The notes under the pieces are model-generated. The model saw only the letters and a list, made by a program, of their open reading frames with translations. It was not told where the DNA came from and made no database searches. Both the position numbers and the translations under genes were made by a program. Below, in pieces: positions 31,263 through 43,984 of a stretch of 64,000 nt of DNA. Source of the DNA: Sedimentisphaerales bacterium (GTDB taxonomy: Bacteria > Planctomycetota > Phycisphaerae > Sedimentisphaerales > Anaerobacaceae); NCBI GenBank assembly GCA_963708075.1, contig OY970194.1, positions 5,088,001 through 5,152,000 on the forward strand, in the 5' to 3' direction. The stretch's first letter is position 1. Each line of letters opens with the position of its first letter.

Positions 31263-31376
31263 GATTTCTCCCTTCCAAAATGATTGTTGCCCGCTTGCCC
31301 CTACCGTACCATATGTCTCGTGTCGCCAACTCTTGATTTGGCGCTCATCCGGCTTTTACGCACTTGCTTTTGCGCT

Positions 31377-31671
31377 GGGGGCTCTGCCCCCACACCCCCG
31401 GCATTTTTCGCTTTGGGCCAATAGCATGGTGATCATTGATGCGTCCGCCTCGCCCCTTGCCGAGGACAGGCGTTGCCGGTAATCTGAAGTTGCTCCTGTG
31501 GAGGATAGAGCCTGCCCCCGCGAAGGCCGGGGGCTCTGCCAGCAAGCACCCCGAGCGCCGCGGCAGTCCAGTGGCATGGGCGATGCCGTCGTTGCGGAGG
31601 CATCGCCTTGTTCTCGAACCATGCTGCTGGCACAAAGCGCCAAATGCCAGGGGTCCGGGGACAGCGTCCCC
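31377..31671. repeat. about 295-bp element with about 54-bp imperfect inverted termini
   Basis: 31377..31430 (GGGGGCTCTGCCCCCACACCCCCGGCATTTTTCGCTTTGGGCCAATAGCATGGT) is similar to the reverse complement of 31618..31671. Confidence 0.7.
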
Positions 31672-31785
31672 GGCCTTCGGCTGTTTCTGTCCGTCTTCAC
31701 ACTCCTGTTTGCCTGTCAATTCGACACAAACTGTCGGAATCCCTCACGACACCAAAATCCAAAGCCCGACCCCTTCTTTCCCCTC

Positions 31786-32886
31786 TCAGTGAGTGCATGT
31801 CCATCCTCCCACGACCTCAACGAAATCCTCGCATTCTCTCAACACTCGGCGCAGGTAACTCCTGAATTGCTTCGCCCTCGTCTGATATCCAGTCGCCAAC
31901 AGCCTTCGCTCGATTTCATCGAGTGACATTGGTCGTCGCTGGGTAACACACACAGCACGTGCCAAGACACGGAGTGGAATGCTCCTTTTTGGCAACTGTC
32001 TCTCCACCTTCGATAGGGCCTCGTGCGCGTGCTGCGTTTGGAGTGCGGCCTGAGCTCCCAGTTGAACCAACACCTCACCCGTCTCAGTTGCAGCCACACG
32101 GAGAGAACCGCCGATTGTCTGAGCGTTCTTGACCAGCCATGCTCTCGAACGCGGATGGGCAATCAAGGCTACCGCGCTCGCAAGGAGCAGGCATTTAACC
32201 CAGGCAGGCGAGGATCGAATGAACTCTGCCATTCCTGCGAGCATCCGCAGAGATGCTACAAGCACGTGCCAACTCGCACCCACCGCAATTAGGCTGCCAT
32301 ACTGGACTGTGTACTGCCAACTCGCGGCTCGCGAATAGTCCCTGAGTGTGATGATCACGTTGCGGTCTATCGTAGAAGCCCCCATCCTGGAGATGTGGCG
32401 GTCACTGGAACACACCGCATGCGCGCCAAGCTCCTCATATATTGACACATACGCATCATCATCCGGATCAATGTCAGAAGGCTTCTTGTTGCCCTTGGAT
32501 TCAACAAAGATGATAGAGCCCCGATAGGCTTCCCATGCGAGGAGGTAGCGATGGACAGACACCCCGGCCTCAGCGGCCATCGCCTCAGCATGTTCACGGA
32601 CCTCTTCATCCAGCCAAGTTGGCGCGAACACAAGCAGAGTCCTAGAAGCCACCAATTCCTGGAGGGGAGTCCGCGCAGCGGGATTCTTTCTCCTTCCCGT
32701 CAGCCAGATGAGTTCACTGAAGACGACGTTGGCATCAAGAACCACTCGGAACTGCGCTGGGAGGCCCATGCCTCGGATCAATGGGATGAAGGTGGCAAAC
32801 TCTCGGAGGGGCTGAAGGAGGTCAGACCGAATAAGTTCGGCTGGCGTCGCGTCCTCTGGAAGGCCCATTCGCTTGGCGATATCCAT
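31786..32886 (-). CDS. PIN-domain protein with hydrophobic helices and a C-terminal winged-helix-like domain
   Basis: VVLDANV, EEV, DPDDDAY, SSDRHI acidic motifs; two hydrophobic stretches; RPMSLDEIERRLLATGY...LRRVL...F.EV..GW. Confidence 0.7.
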   Translation of the reverse strand: MDIAKRMGLPEDATPAELIRSDLLQPLREFATFIPLIRGMGLPAQFRVVLDANVVFSELIWLTGRRKNPAARTPLQELVASRTLLVFAPTWLDEEVREHAEAMAAEAGVSVHRYLLAWEAYRGSIIFVESKGNKKPSDIDPDDDAYVSIYEELGAHAVCSSDRHISRMGASTIDRNVIITLRDYSRAASWQYTVQYGSLIAVGASWHVLVASLRMLAGMAEFIRSSPAWVKCLLLASAVALIAHPRSRAWLVKNAQTIGGSLRVAATETGEVLVQLGAQAALQTQHAHEALSKVERQLPKRSIPLRVLARAVCVTQRRPMSLDEIERRLLATGYQTRAKQFRSYLRRVLRECEDFVEVVGGWTCTH

Positions 32887-32941
32887 TCATCTCCTCCCAA
32901 CACCCTTCATAGACTCATGGGCACCCTATAATGGCTGCCTT

Positions 32942-33656
32942 CTACTCCTTCCGTTCCGTCTTTGACTCATTTGACTCCTTGTTCCTCACCATCGATTGTT
33001 GACGGTGTTCCTCCCACTCATCCCTCTCCTGTTCCCTGTCCTGCCTATTATATGTATCGATCCCGATGCGCTTGAAACCAGTGGCCACGTTATGGAGATC
33101 ACGTTCGATACCCTCAAGGTGCTTCGCAATTGCATACAAGTGCGGCCTTCCAATCTGCGTCTGGCCCTCGAATTCTGAGAAATCGAGCCTGAATTTCTCC
33201 TCGTACCATTTGGTATTTGCGTTCCGATAGCGCACATCAAACACGAGAACGGATGCGATTTTCTGGTCGAATTTGTCCGTCAACTGCGAGTAGGCGGACT
33301 CTTGATACTGGCTTGGTCCAAGATACTTGAGAACCCGTATTGAAGAAGGACGCTCTTGTGAAGTCATCAATCAGGGCCTGGGCTCCATCTGCTCCCGCTT
33401 CGGCATGTATCTTAAAGGTGATGTCATAGGCGGGACCGAGTCCAATGTTGCGCACACAGAGACGGACTATGTTTATCCACCCCTCCCAAGGCTTGATCAT
33501 GATCTCGATCTTGGGCTCTGTCTGAGCTTGGCGCATTCGTCTTGTTTCAGCAACCAAGATGCCCGTGAGAAGGGCATAGACGACAGTCGACAACGTCACG
33601 ATTGGCGTGAAGAGGACTGTCAGTGAACCAGCGTTCTGATCAAGGAAATCAAGCAT
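32942..33656 (-). CDS. hypothetical single-TM protein; frameshift near 33330
   Basis: TM + ETRRMR...EP...VRNIGLGPAYDI...FNTG continues in the next frame as LKYLGPSQ...; GGAG RBS. Confidence 0.7.
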
Positions 33657-33827
33657 CGCAGGTACTCTCCCCTTCTGAGAGCCTCAATAGTCCCAACCTA
33701 CCGAAGCAGCATGCCGCAGGGCGTCTATCGTCATTCGCTCCAGCGAAAAACCATTCGGGCGAAAGCGCCTCTTTCGCCGCCGTCGTCCGGATTGCGTTAT
33801 GTGTTATTACGCCAATGATTGGCGTTA

Positions 33828-35759
<1,932 letters not shown>

Positions 35760-35850
35760 GAGTAACGTCCTTTCCTTGCCCTCTGACGATTGGTACAGCA
35801 CTCTTCGCTCAGCCAATTGCACAAAGAAACACTTCGTACTCGTGAGAATG

Positions 35851-35866
35851 TGCAAAATGCGTGCCA
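35851..35866 (-). promoter_or_regulatory. sigma54 (-24/-12) promoter of dnaK
   Basis: Minus strand TGGCACG-CATT-TTGCA matches TGGCACG-N4-TTGC, about 90 bp upstream of the ATG. Confidence 0.75.
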
Positions 35867-36309
35867 GTCAGAGGGCGAGTGCGACCCATGGTGCTAATTC
35901 CTTGCCAGCAATGGACTTAGCTGCTTTTCCCGCTCCGGCGGCGGGCGCAATAGGCCGGTCCATACCCATTTCCTTGCCACCTCGCCGTGCCATTTTGGCA
36001 GGATGGATGAGGAAGGTGTGGTCGGAATGTGATACCGATTCATGCTGCTTCCTGCAGGGCGAGCACGGGAGCTTGTGCTACGCTACGGCTTGAATCCGCC
36101 CCCGAAGGCCGACTGCACCCATCGCTGAAAGATCTCGGACGAACAAAAGTATCACACAGGTCGTGTAGGTGGAAGGACTAGCTGGACCCACAATACTCAG
36201 GACAACAGATTGTGCGGCGAAAGCCTGCGTATTGGTCGAGCTGCGAGCAGTCCTCATACTATTGAGACTTGCACAACGACAAAGGACTTGAGAGTTCGAG
36301 GCAAGGCGG

Positions 36310-39300
36310 ATGCGGAACACCTCCAAGCGCGGTCTGAAGGAAGTAGTCGAGGGAGCAGTGCGAGGCATGCAGGCGCTTCCGGTGCGGGTACATCGCTCGG
36401 GATATTACGGGTTGGCCCTGCTGTTCGTGGCAGCAGCGGCAATGCTGCGCTGGGAACTGCGGGACGTGCTGAGCCCCGCGCCGACTCTGGTATTCTATCT
36501 GGCATGGGTCGGGGCCGCGGCGTTCGGCGGACTGGGGCCGGGGCTGCTGGCGACGGTGGCCTCATGGCTGTGCATCGACCTTCTATTCGATCCCACCCCC
36601 GGACTGATCGGCTTCGCCGACCCCACGTCAATGGCCAGGCTGTGGGTTCTCCTGGCCGGCGGACTGGTCGTCAGCGTTGTGGGCGAGAAGATGCGGCAGA
36701 CCCGAACCCGCGAGCGCCGGCAGGAGCAGGTGCTGCGCAAGAGCGAGGAGCGCTGCGCCAGCGGGCGGAGGAAGTGGAAACCCTGATAGACATGGTTCCG
36801 GTGGGCATTTGGGTGTCTCAGGACCCGCAGTGCAACCATATCGTGGGCAACCAGGCGGCCAACAGGCTCTATGAGGCGCTTGACCACGAGAATGTCTCGG
36901 CCAGTGTCTCCCCGAAGCGTCGGTTCTTCCGCGACGGACAGGAACTCAAGCCCGAGGAACTGCCCATGCAGGAAGCAGTGGCCAAGAACATCGACATTCG
37001 CGACGCCCAGGTGGACGTGCTGCTCCCGAGCGGCACATGGCGGAACATGTTCGGGTCGGCCAGCCCGCTATACGACGCCAAGGGACGCGTGCGCGGCTGC
37101 ATCGGTGCGTTTATGGACATCACCGCCCGCAAGCAGGCGGAGGAGGCCCTGCGGGAGAGCAAGGAGCGCTACCACCGGTTTTTCGAGGACGACCTGACGG
37201 GGGATTACATCAGCACGCCTGAGGGGCGGATTCTCCTGTGCAATCCGGCCTTCGCAGAGATGTTTGGCTTCTCCTCGGCCCAAGAGGCGATCGGGACAAG
37301 CATCCTGGATCTGTACCCTGACCCGGGAGAGCGTGAGTCGCTATTGGAGAGGCTCAAGCAGGAAGGGAAGATCGGCCGCCTTGAGGTTTGGCGCAAACGC
37401 CGCGATGGTGAGCCTATCCACATTGTTGAAAATCTCGTCGGCCATTTCAACGACCAAGGGCAGTTGTACGAGATCAAAGGGTATCTTTTCGAGGATACCG
37501 ACCGCAAGCGGGCGGAGGAAGCCTTGCGAGAGGCCCGGGATGAACTGGAGATCCGGGTCCAGGAACGCACGGTGGAACTGCGGAAAGCCATGGACCTCGT
37601 ACAGGCCGAGCGCCAGCGCTTCCAGAACCTGCTGGACCAGTTGCCGGCTTACCTGGTGCTGCTGTCGCCGGATTTTCGTGTGCCATTCGCCAACCGCTTT
37701 TTCGAGCAACGGTTCGGCAAGTGCGAGGGCCGGCGCTGTTATGAGTATCTGTTCCAGCGCCCCGAGCCTTGCGAGAACTGCAAAGCCTACAACGTGCTGG
37801 AGACTAACGTGCCTCAGCACTGGGAGTGGATCGGCCCGGACGGGCGCGATTACGAGATCTATGATTTTCCGTTCACCGACGCGGACGGCTCGCCGCTCAT
37901 CATGGAGGTCGGCCTTGACATCACTGAGCGCAAGCAGGCCGAGAAGGCACTGCGGGAGAGCGAGCAGCGGCTGAAGCTGGCGCAGCAGATCGCCCGCGTC
38001 GGCACCTTCGACTGGGACATCCGCACGGGCGTGAACGTCTGGACACCGGAACTGGAAGCCATGTACGGTCTGCCCCCCGGTGGGTTTGCCAAGACTGAGG
38101 CGGCTTGGGAGCAGTTGGTCCATCCGGAAGACCGGGCGGAAACTCTGCGCCTCGTCGAGCAGGCCTTCGAGACGGGCGAGCCTATGGAGGGCCAGTGGCG
38201 CGTCATCTGGCCCGACGCCGGCGTTCATTGGTTGGCCGGACGTTGGCAGGTACTCAAGGACGAGTCGGGAAAGCCCTTCCGTATGACCGGCGTCAACATC
38301 GACATCACCGAGCGCAAGAATGCCGAGGCCGAACTTCAGCGGTTCAACGACGAACTGAAGCAGCGTACGGTGGAGTTGAAGCACCGGGCCCGACAGCTCC
38401 AGAAGCTGACGCTGGACATGTCCGAGGCCGAGGACCGCGAGCGCAAGCGCCTGGCGGAGATTCTGCACGACGACTTGCAGCAGGTGCTTGCGTCGGCGAA
38501 GTTCCACCTGAGCCTGATGAGGAACGGGGTGAGGGATGACCCGGCCTTGCACGACATCGGCGATCAGATCGACCAGATGCTTAGAGACGCGATAGCGAAA
38601 TCCCGCAGCTTGTCCCACGAGCTGAGCCCGGCCGTGCTGTATCATGGCAATTTCGGAGAAACCCTCGAATGGCTGGCCAACCACGTGCAGGCCAAGCATG
38701 GCTTGCTCGTCCACGTGCACACGCATGACCAGGTCAGTGTGGAATCGGAGACGACCAAAGCCTTCCTGTACAAAGTGACGCAGGAGTTGCTGTTCAATGT
38801 TGTCAAGCACGCCCGGGTCAACGAGGCCAGAATCCAGGTCCGGCGATTGGGCCGATGCATCTACCTGTCCATCTCTGATCAAGGACGCGGCTTTGACCCC
38901 GAAGAACTCGGGCAAACCGCCGGATTCGGATTGCTGAGTATCCACGAGCGCATCAAGTTGCTTGGCGGATGCATGAAGATCAAGAGCGCCAAAGACAAGG
39001 GCAGCATGTTCCTGATTGCCGTGCCCGATGGCGAAGTCGAGCCGGAACTGACCGGGCGCGCACCGAGTGCGGACACCGACCGATTGCGTGTGCTCCTGGC
39101 CGACGATCATGAGATCGTGCGGGAGGGGTTGGCATTGCTGCTGAACGAAGAGTCCTCCGTCGAGGTGATCGGCGGAGCGTCAAACGGCCTTGAGGCGGTG
39201 GACCTGGCCGACCGGCTGAAGCCGGACGTGGTGATCATGGACGTATCCATGCCTCTGATGAGCGGAGATGAAGCCACCCGCCGGATCAAACGGCACCTGC

Positions 39301-39437
39301 CCAGCACACGGGTGGTCGCGCTTTCGATGTCCGAGGACCCCGACACAGTCAAGAGAATGCACGCCGCCGGCGCCGAGGCGTACGTGCTCAAGACCGCCCC
39401 CTCCGAAGAGCTGCTCGCCGCCATCCGGGGAGACTGA
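36310..39437 (+). CDS. hybrid sensor kinase (membrane domain, multiple PAS, HisKA_3/HATPase, NarL-type receiver); frameshift near 36752
   Basis: Hydrophobic N-terminus in frame 36310; DITARK/DITERK PAS ends; ERKRLAEILHDDLQQ; ELLFNVVKHA; DQGRGF; GFGL; VLLADDHEIVREGL. Confidence 0.9.
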
Positions 39438-39528
39438 ACCGGCAAAGGCCGCCAAGGGCCGCAGAGGGTTCCAGCGAACAACCGCTTATCAACCACAGAT
39501 AAACCCAGCCCGGCCTCCGGCCGGAACC

Positions 39529-39846
39529 AAGATTACCTCTCGCCAAGCACGCCAAGACCGCAAAGGTTTCGAACGAACAACGAACAACCATCAACAAGCA
39601 ACCGCTTCTCAACCGCCGATGAACGCAGATAAAGAGCCGGGACACGGCAATGGCGACAGCCGGTAGGGTGTGCTTCGCACACCGATTCTTCTGTCTTTTC
39701 AGCCGCGAAGGACACGAACCACCGAAATGAACCCCCGATCCGCAATCGCACGGCATCCAGCCGCTCCTCCCTACTCCGCAATCCGCACTCCGAAATCCGC
39801 AATTCGGCGTCCCGCCGTCCGTCCCCGACCCCTGATCCCTGATCCC
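39529..39846 (+). repeat. about 310-bp mosaic repeat, left arm
   Basis: Nearly identical to the reverse complement of 43985..44290. Confidence 0.9.
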
Positions 39847-39884
39847 CGCCCTGACCCCCCTGCGCATTTTGTTTCCTTTTTGTC

Positions 39885-39913
39885 TTGACCTATTGACCAT
39901 ACGCGATTAGACT
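39885..39913 (+). promoter_or_regulatory. sigma70-like promoter upstream of HNH-AP2 copy 2
   Basis: TTGACC-N17-TAGACT. Confidence 0.55.
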
Positions 39914-39977
39914 GTGGGAAACGTCGCACAGTGCGGCAGATCGGGAGTGGATGCGTGTCACAGGAAGGGAGAAACAC

Positions 39978-40871
39978 ATGGCCAAGCCAACCTGTCACAG
40001 TTGCGTGTACGCGTATTGGGATCGGAGTCTGTGGATGCGGAGCCTGGCGTCGGGCTTTCCGGCCCGGCCGTTCTGCGCCAACCACCCGGACTCGCCCGGC
40101 CGGGAGCGGGAAACCCCGTGCGGCGAGGTCTGCCGCAACTACCGCCTCCGGCCCAAGACCCCGGACCTCGCCGACGGCACGGTCAAGCGAATCCCCATCG
40201 CGGGCGGCCTGTACGCCTACGTCGATGCGGCCGATTATCCGGAGATCAGCCGCCACAAGTGGCGCTTAGTTGGCACCGGCTACGCCGGCCGCCACGAAAA
40301 AGGCAAGCTCATCTTCATGCATCGCGAGATCATGAAGCCCCCCAAGGGAAAGGTCGTGGACCATATCAGTGGCCACCGCATGGACAATACCCGCGCCAAC
40401 ATGCACATCTGCACGCCCGCGGAAAACAACCGCAATCGGGGCAAGCACCACGGCACCTCCTCGCAGTACCTCGGCGTGTTCTACCACAAACCGACACGGA
40501 AATGGCTCGCCTCGATCGGCATCGGCGGCAAACGCAGGAACATCGGCCGCTTCGACGACGAGGTCGAAGCCGCCCGCGCCTACGACCGCGCCGCCGTCGA
40601 GCAGTCAGGCGAGTTCGTCCGCCTGAACTTCCCCGACGAATGGCCGCCCGAACGCCGCCGCCAAGTCCACGCCGAAGCCCAAAGGACGGCGAAGGAGCAC
40701 AAGCCCGCCGAAAGAAAGAAAAGCAAGAGCCGTCCCGCCCGGACAAAGACAGCCAAACGCAAAAAGCCTCCTGTGTCAGTCCCGCGAAAGGCGGTAGGGG
40801 CGAATCATCATTCGCCCGCACATCGTCACCGCGCAGAGACACGGGGACGCAGAGCACCCAGACGTAAGTAG
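39978..40871 (+). CDS. Cys-rich-HNH-AP2 domain protein (copy 2)
   Basis: CHSC...CANHP...C; MHREIM...VDHISGHRMDNTRAN...ENNRN; GRFDDEVEAARAYDRAA; GGAAGGGAG RBS. Confidence 0.88.
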   Translation: MAKPTCHSCVYAYWDRSLWMRSLASGFPARPFCANHPDSPGRERETPCGEVCRNYRLRPKTPDLADGTVKRIPIAGGLYAYVDAADYPEISRHKWRLVGTGYAGRHEKGKLIFMHREIMKPPKGKVVDHISGHRMDNTRANMHICTPAENNRNRGKHHGTSSQYLGVFYHKPTRKWLASIGIGGKRRNIGRFDDEVEAARAYDRAAVEQSGEFVRLNFPDEWPPERRRQVHAEAQRTAKEHKPAERKKSKSRPARTKTAKRKKPPVSVPRKAVGANHHSPAHRHRAETRGRRAPRRK

Positions 40872-41186
40872 GGTGGGTTCTCAACCCACGCGGACGGACT
40901 GAAAACTACCAACCGAGAACGGACAACTGATTGTCTTCCGCAAATTGCACGGATTTTCGCAGATTCACAACGGGCAACTGATCGTCTCGCGCAGAGACGC
41001 CACGACGCAGAGGATAGAAGGAGACGGGAGGAGCGTGGGAAGGGAGGAACTGCCCAATCCGAAATCCGCAATCCGCACTCCGCAATCGGGTTGCCTCGCC
41101 CGGCCTGCGCCCCAATCGCAAATTGCAGATCGTAGATCATAAATCCAAAGGGCGTCCCGCCGTCCGCCCTGCGGCCCCGGACCCTG

Positions 41187-41282
41187 TTAATTCCCAGGTC
41201 CCAGTTTTCTATAGACGAAGATGCCAACCACGGTCAGAGCGATGACGATAATCAAAGTCCAGTAGGAAGCGATTGCCAACAT
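41187..41282 (-). CDS. 31-aa single-TM small protein
   Basis: MLAIASYWTLIIVIALTVVGIFVYRKLGPGN*, with GAGGT just upstream of the ATG; below the ORF-track length cutoff. Confidence 0.55.
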   Translation of the reverse strand: MLAIASYWTLIIVIALTVVGIFVYRKLGPGN

Positions 41283-41574
41283 AATGCACCTCGGTATGTG
41301 TGAACCTCGGGAGACGATCAGGCATCACGGTCCGCCCAGGGATTTCAGGCGGAACGTACGCTGCCGATAGAGATATATTAGGCTTCCCTTGTCGGGTCGT
41401 CTATGGGGTGTAACCCTACCCGGCCCTATCCTGCCCGGCTGTGGACCAGACCAGGCCCTCCACCCCCACGTGCTCTGCCGGACAGTCACGCCTCTTCATT
41501 CCGCACTCTGCAATCAACAATCCGCAATCCCCCCTTCTCCCCGAAGAAGTACCGTACCCCTTTAATTCCCCGGG

Positions 41575-42495
41575 CTAAGCGATGGGTTGGCGGCACGTGC
41601 GGAGGCGAGAGAGTTCCGGGTCAACGTACAGGGTCTGTTGAGAAGACTCTATCTGCGCCCTTTCGAAGATGAGTTCTGAGGAACCAAACAGGCCTGCGTT
41701 CTCCGCTTTCAGTCTCCGGGCGGTCATACGGCAGTACTCCCGGTCGATCTCGATGCCAAGACTGTTGCGGCCATTCTTGAGGGCGGCAACCATCGTGGTC
41801 CCCGAGCCGCAGAAGGGATCGAGCACTGTATCACCTGTGAAGGAGAACATGCAAACCAGTCGCGTGGCAAGCTCCAAGGGGAATGGGGCCGGATGATTCC
41901 GGGTGGACGCGCCGGGAATGTTCCATATCTGCTGGAACCAGTCGTCGAAGTTCTTCTTGTCGATCTTGCTCTGGCGGCGTTGTTCCTCCGTAGGCTGACG
42001 GTAGCCGCCGGCCTTTCTCTGCATCAGGATGAACTCAATGTCATTCTTGATGATCGCGTTCGGCTCATACGGCTTGCCGAGGAACTTGGAGCCGTTCGAG
42101 ACTTCGTATGAGGCGTTGGCGATCTTGTGCCATATGATGGGGTTGAGATTGTCGAATCCGATCTTACGGCAGCGCACGGCGATATCGGCATGGAGCGGAA
42201 ACACAAGATGGCGACCGAATTCGCGTCTGGATACGCAAACGTCGCCTACTACACAGACGAGACGACCGCCTGGCGCAAGGACCCGAAAGACGTGTCGCCA
42301 CACCTTTTCCAACTCATCCAGGAATCGCTCGTAGTCATCGATGTGGCCGAGCTGGTCATCATGCTCATTGTACCGTTTGAGGTTCCAGTACGGTGGTGAC
42401 GTGACCACAAGATGCACGCTCTCCGTCGGGAGAAAAGACAAATCCCTTGCATCGCCATTTATAAGTCTGTGCGTAGTCGCATTCATGTTCATCAT
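41575..42495 (-). CDS. site-specific DNA amino-methyltransferase, beta class (N4-C/N6-A)
   Basis: VTSPPY precedes HPAPFP and VLDPFCGSGTT; ATGA overlap with the upstream restriction enzyme. Confidence 0.92.
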   Translation of the reverse strand: MMNMNATTHRLINGDARDLSFLPTESVHLVVTSPPYWNLKRYNEHDDQLGHIDDYERFLDELEKVWRHVFRVLAPGGRLVCVVGDVCVSRREFGRHLVFPLHADIAVRCRKIGFDNLNPIIWHKIANASYEVSNGSKFLGKPYEPNAIIKNDIEFILMQRKAGGYRQPTEEQRRQSKIDKKNFDDWFQQIWNIPGASTRNHPAPFPLELATRLVCMFSFTGDTVLDPFCGSGTTMVAALKNGRNSLGIEIDREYCRMTARRLKAENAGLFGSSELIFERAQIESSQQTLYVDPELSRLRTCRQPIA

Positions 42496-43223
42496 GCGGA
42501 TATAACCAGATGCCCAATGAGAGCTCTGGCAAACCTTTCCATGGATAAGTCCTGTGCGGGCGTAACATAATCACCGTTCTCGCCGGTCGAAGGTTCAGAC
42601 ATAAGGAAGGCAGCGGACGTGTAGTGCCTCTCCAGGACAAGTTTGCGGCAGAAAAGCTCGTACCGCCGTGCGTAGGACGAACCGACGAACTCAGGGAACA
42701 CCTTGAAGTGAGGCTCGTTCACGCGTACCGCGTGAGTTGAAGAGGGGCTGTCCTCGAGCATGAAGAAGTAGCCGAGAAACGGCTGCGGGCTCGCCGCATA
42801 GGCCCCTTCTCTGTACGCGGTCCACAAGTCCAATGCACTGCCCATCGCCTCCTCGGTTCTGTTATTGAAGTTATTGCCAAAGGACGGTCCCACCTGCGAC
42901 TTCGCCTCAATGGCAGCGACGAGCGTACCGTCCTTGACCACGACCAGATCCCACTCCTTGGTAGGTCGGAAGAACCCGGGCAACTCAAGGGCTCGTTCGC
43001 AGAAGAGGCACTCTCGTGCGACCCCTGCGTCACAGATCAGGCTGGTGAACAAGTGGATAAAACCATCCATCTGTGCGCCACCCGTGACGGCACCTCTCAG
43101 GCCCTGATCAAGCTTGCCCGTCTTCTGTTGCTTCTTGCGTTGAGCCGACCGGGTCTGCCAGTAATGAGCGACTGCCTCTCGTGTATGCCTCTCGATATTC
43201 AGTAGGGTCCTGTTGTCCTGCAT
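42492..43223 (-). CDS. type II restriction endonuclease, XhoI/PaeR7I family
   Basis: RGAVTGGAQMDGF, LPGFFRPTKEWDL, IEAKSQVGPSFGNNFNNRTEEAMG. Confidence 0.85.
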   Translation of the reverse strand: MQDNRTLLNIERHTREAVAHYWQTRSAQRKKQQKTGKLDQGLRGAVTGGAQMDGFIHLFTSLICDAGVARECLFCERALELPGFFRPTKEWDLVVVKDGTLVAAIEAKSQVGPSFGNNFNNRTEEAMGSALDLWTAYREGAYAASPQPFLGYFFMLEDSPSSTHAVRVNEPHFKVFPEFVGSSYARRYELFCRKLVLERHYTSAAFLMSEPSTGENGDYVTPAQDLSMERFARALIGHLVISA

Positions 43224-43516
43224 GGGGCGAATTATATCAGGTTCTCCGCGTTCATCCAGTCTTCACGGGTGAATTATCGCCTGTCAGGCATGAGAGTGGC
43301 AAGGGACTGCGCAGCGAGGGATGGTTATCGGGGGAATTAAAGGTGTCAGGTATTTTCTCCAGATGCCAATGACGGAAAGGCCGTGGCTGGCTTAGCCCGT
43401 TTCGAATTTCCGGCCCTGATTATTCGCGTTGGTCTCGGATTTCGATATTCGAATTTGACCCGATGCCGGAGTTTCGCGAGGTGGGTGTGTTTTCTTCGCT
43501 CGTACAACGGGCGGCG

Positions 43517-43835
43517 TTAGACCCCCGCAGCGGCCGTCGCGGCCGAGGAATCGTTCTGCATCATGATCATCAGGTACCATCCGAGCATCACCATCCACGG
43601 CAATTCCGGTAGCTCTTGCGCTCCGGGCAGAATGGTCACGTCGGCGGACATGCTCAGGAGGCCGCGATTGCGATAGTGAATCAGCGACTCCCCCGTCTGC
43701 GTCTTGAACTCGTACTGCGTCTGCCAGAAGTTGGTGTTCGCCGGATATTGGCGCCCGTCGGGAAGCAGGAGCGTTCCACCGCCGCTCCAGGTGTTATTCC
43801 TGAACGTGGCAATCTCCTCGTCAAAGTCGCAGACA
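43517..43835 (-). pseudogene. C-terminal fragment of a hypothetical protein
   Basis: Protein-like EIATFRNNTWSGGGTL...LPWMVMLGWYL. The apparent GTG start lies inside a repeat motif (43841..43867) and has no RBS. Confidence 0.55.
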
Positions 43836-43984
43836 CAGCTGGGGGTCACACCTACACATTTCACATTCTTGGGGGAATTAGAAGTGCCAAGGACTCTTTT
43901 GGCCTGAGTCGCCGTAAGTGTCAGTCTGGCAAAGGGGGACTTCGGAGCGCGGAGTGAGCAGTGCGGAATGAAGAGACAGGTGTC

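Noticed and set aside
35796..35822. CIRCE-like sequence upstream of dnaK
   Set aside because: Only the half-site AGCACTC is present; there is no GAGTGCTAA at 9-bp spacing.
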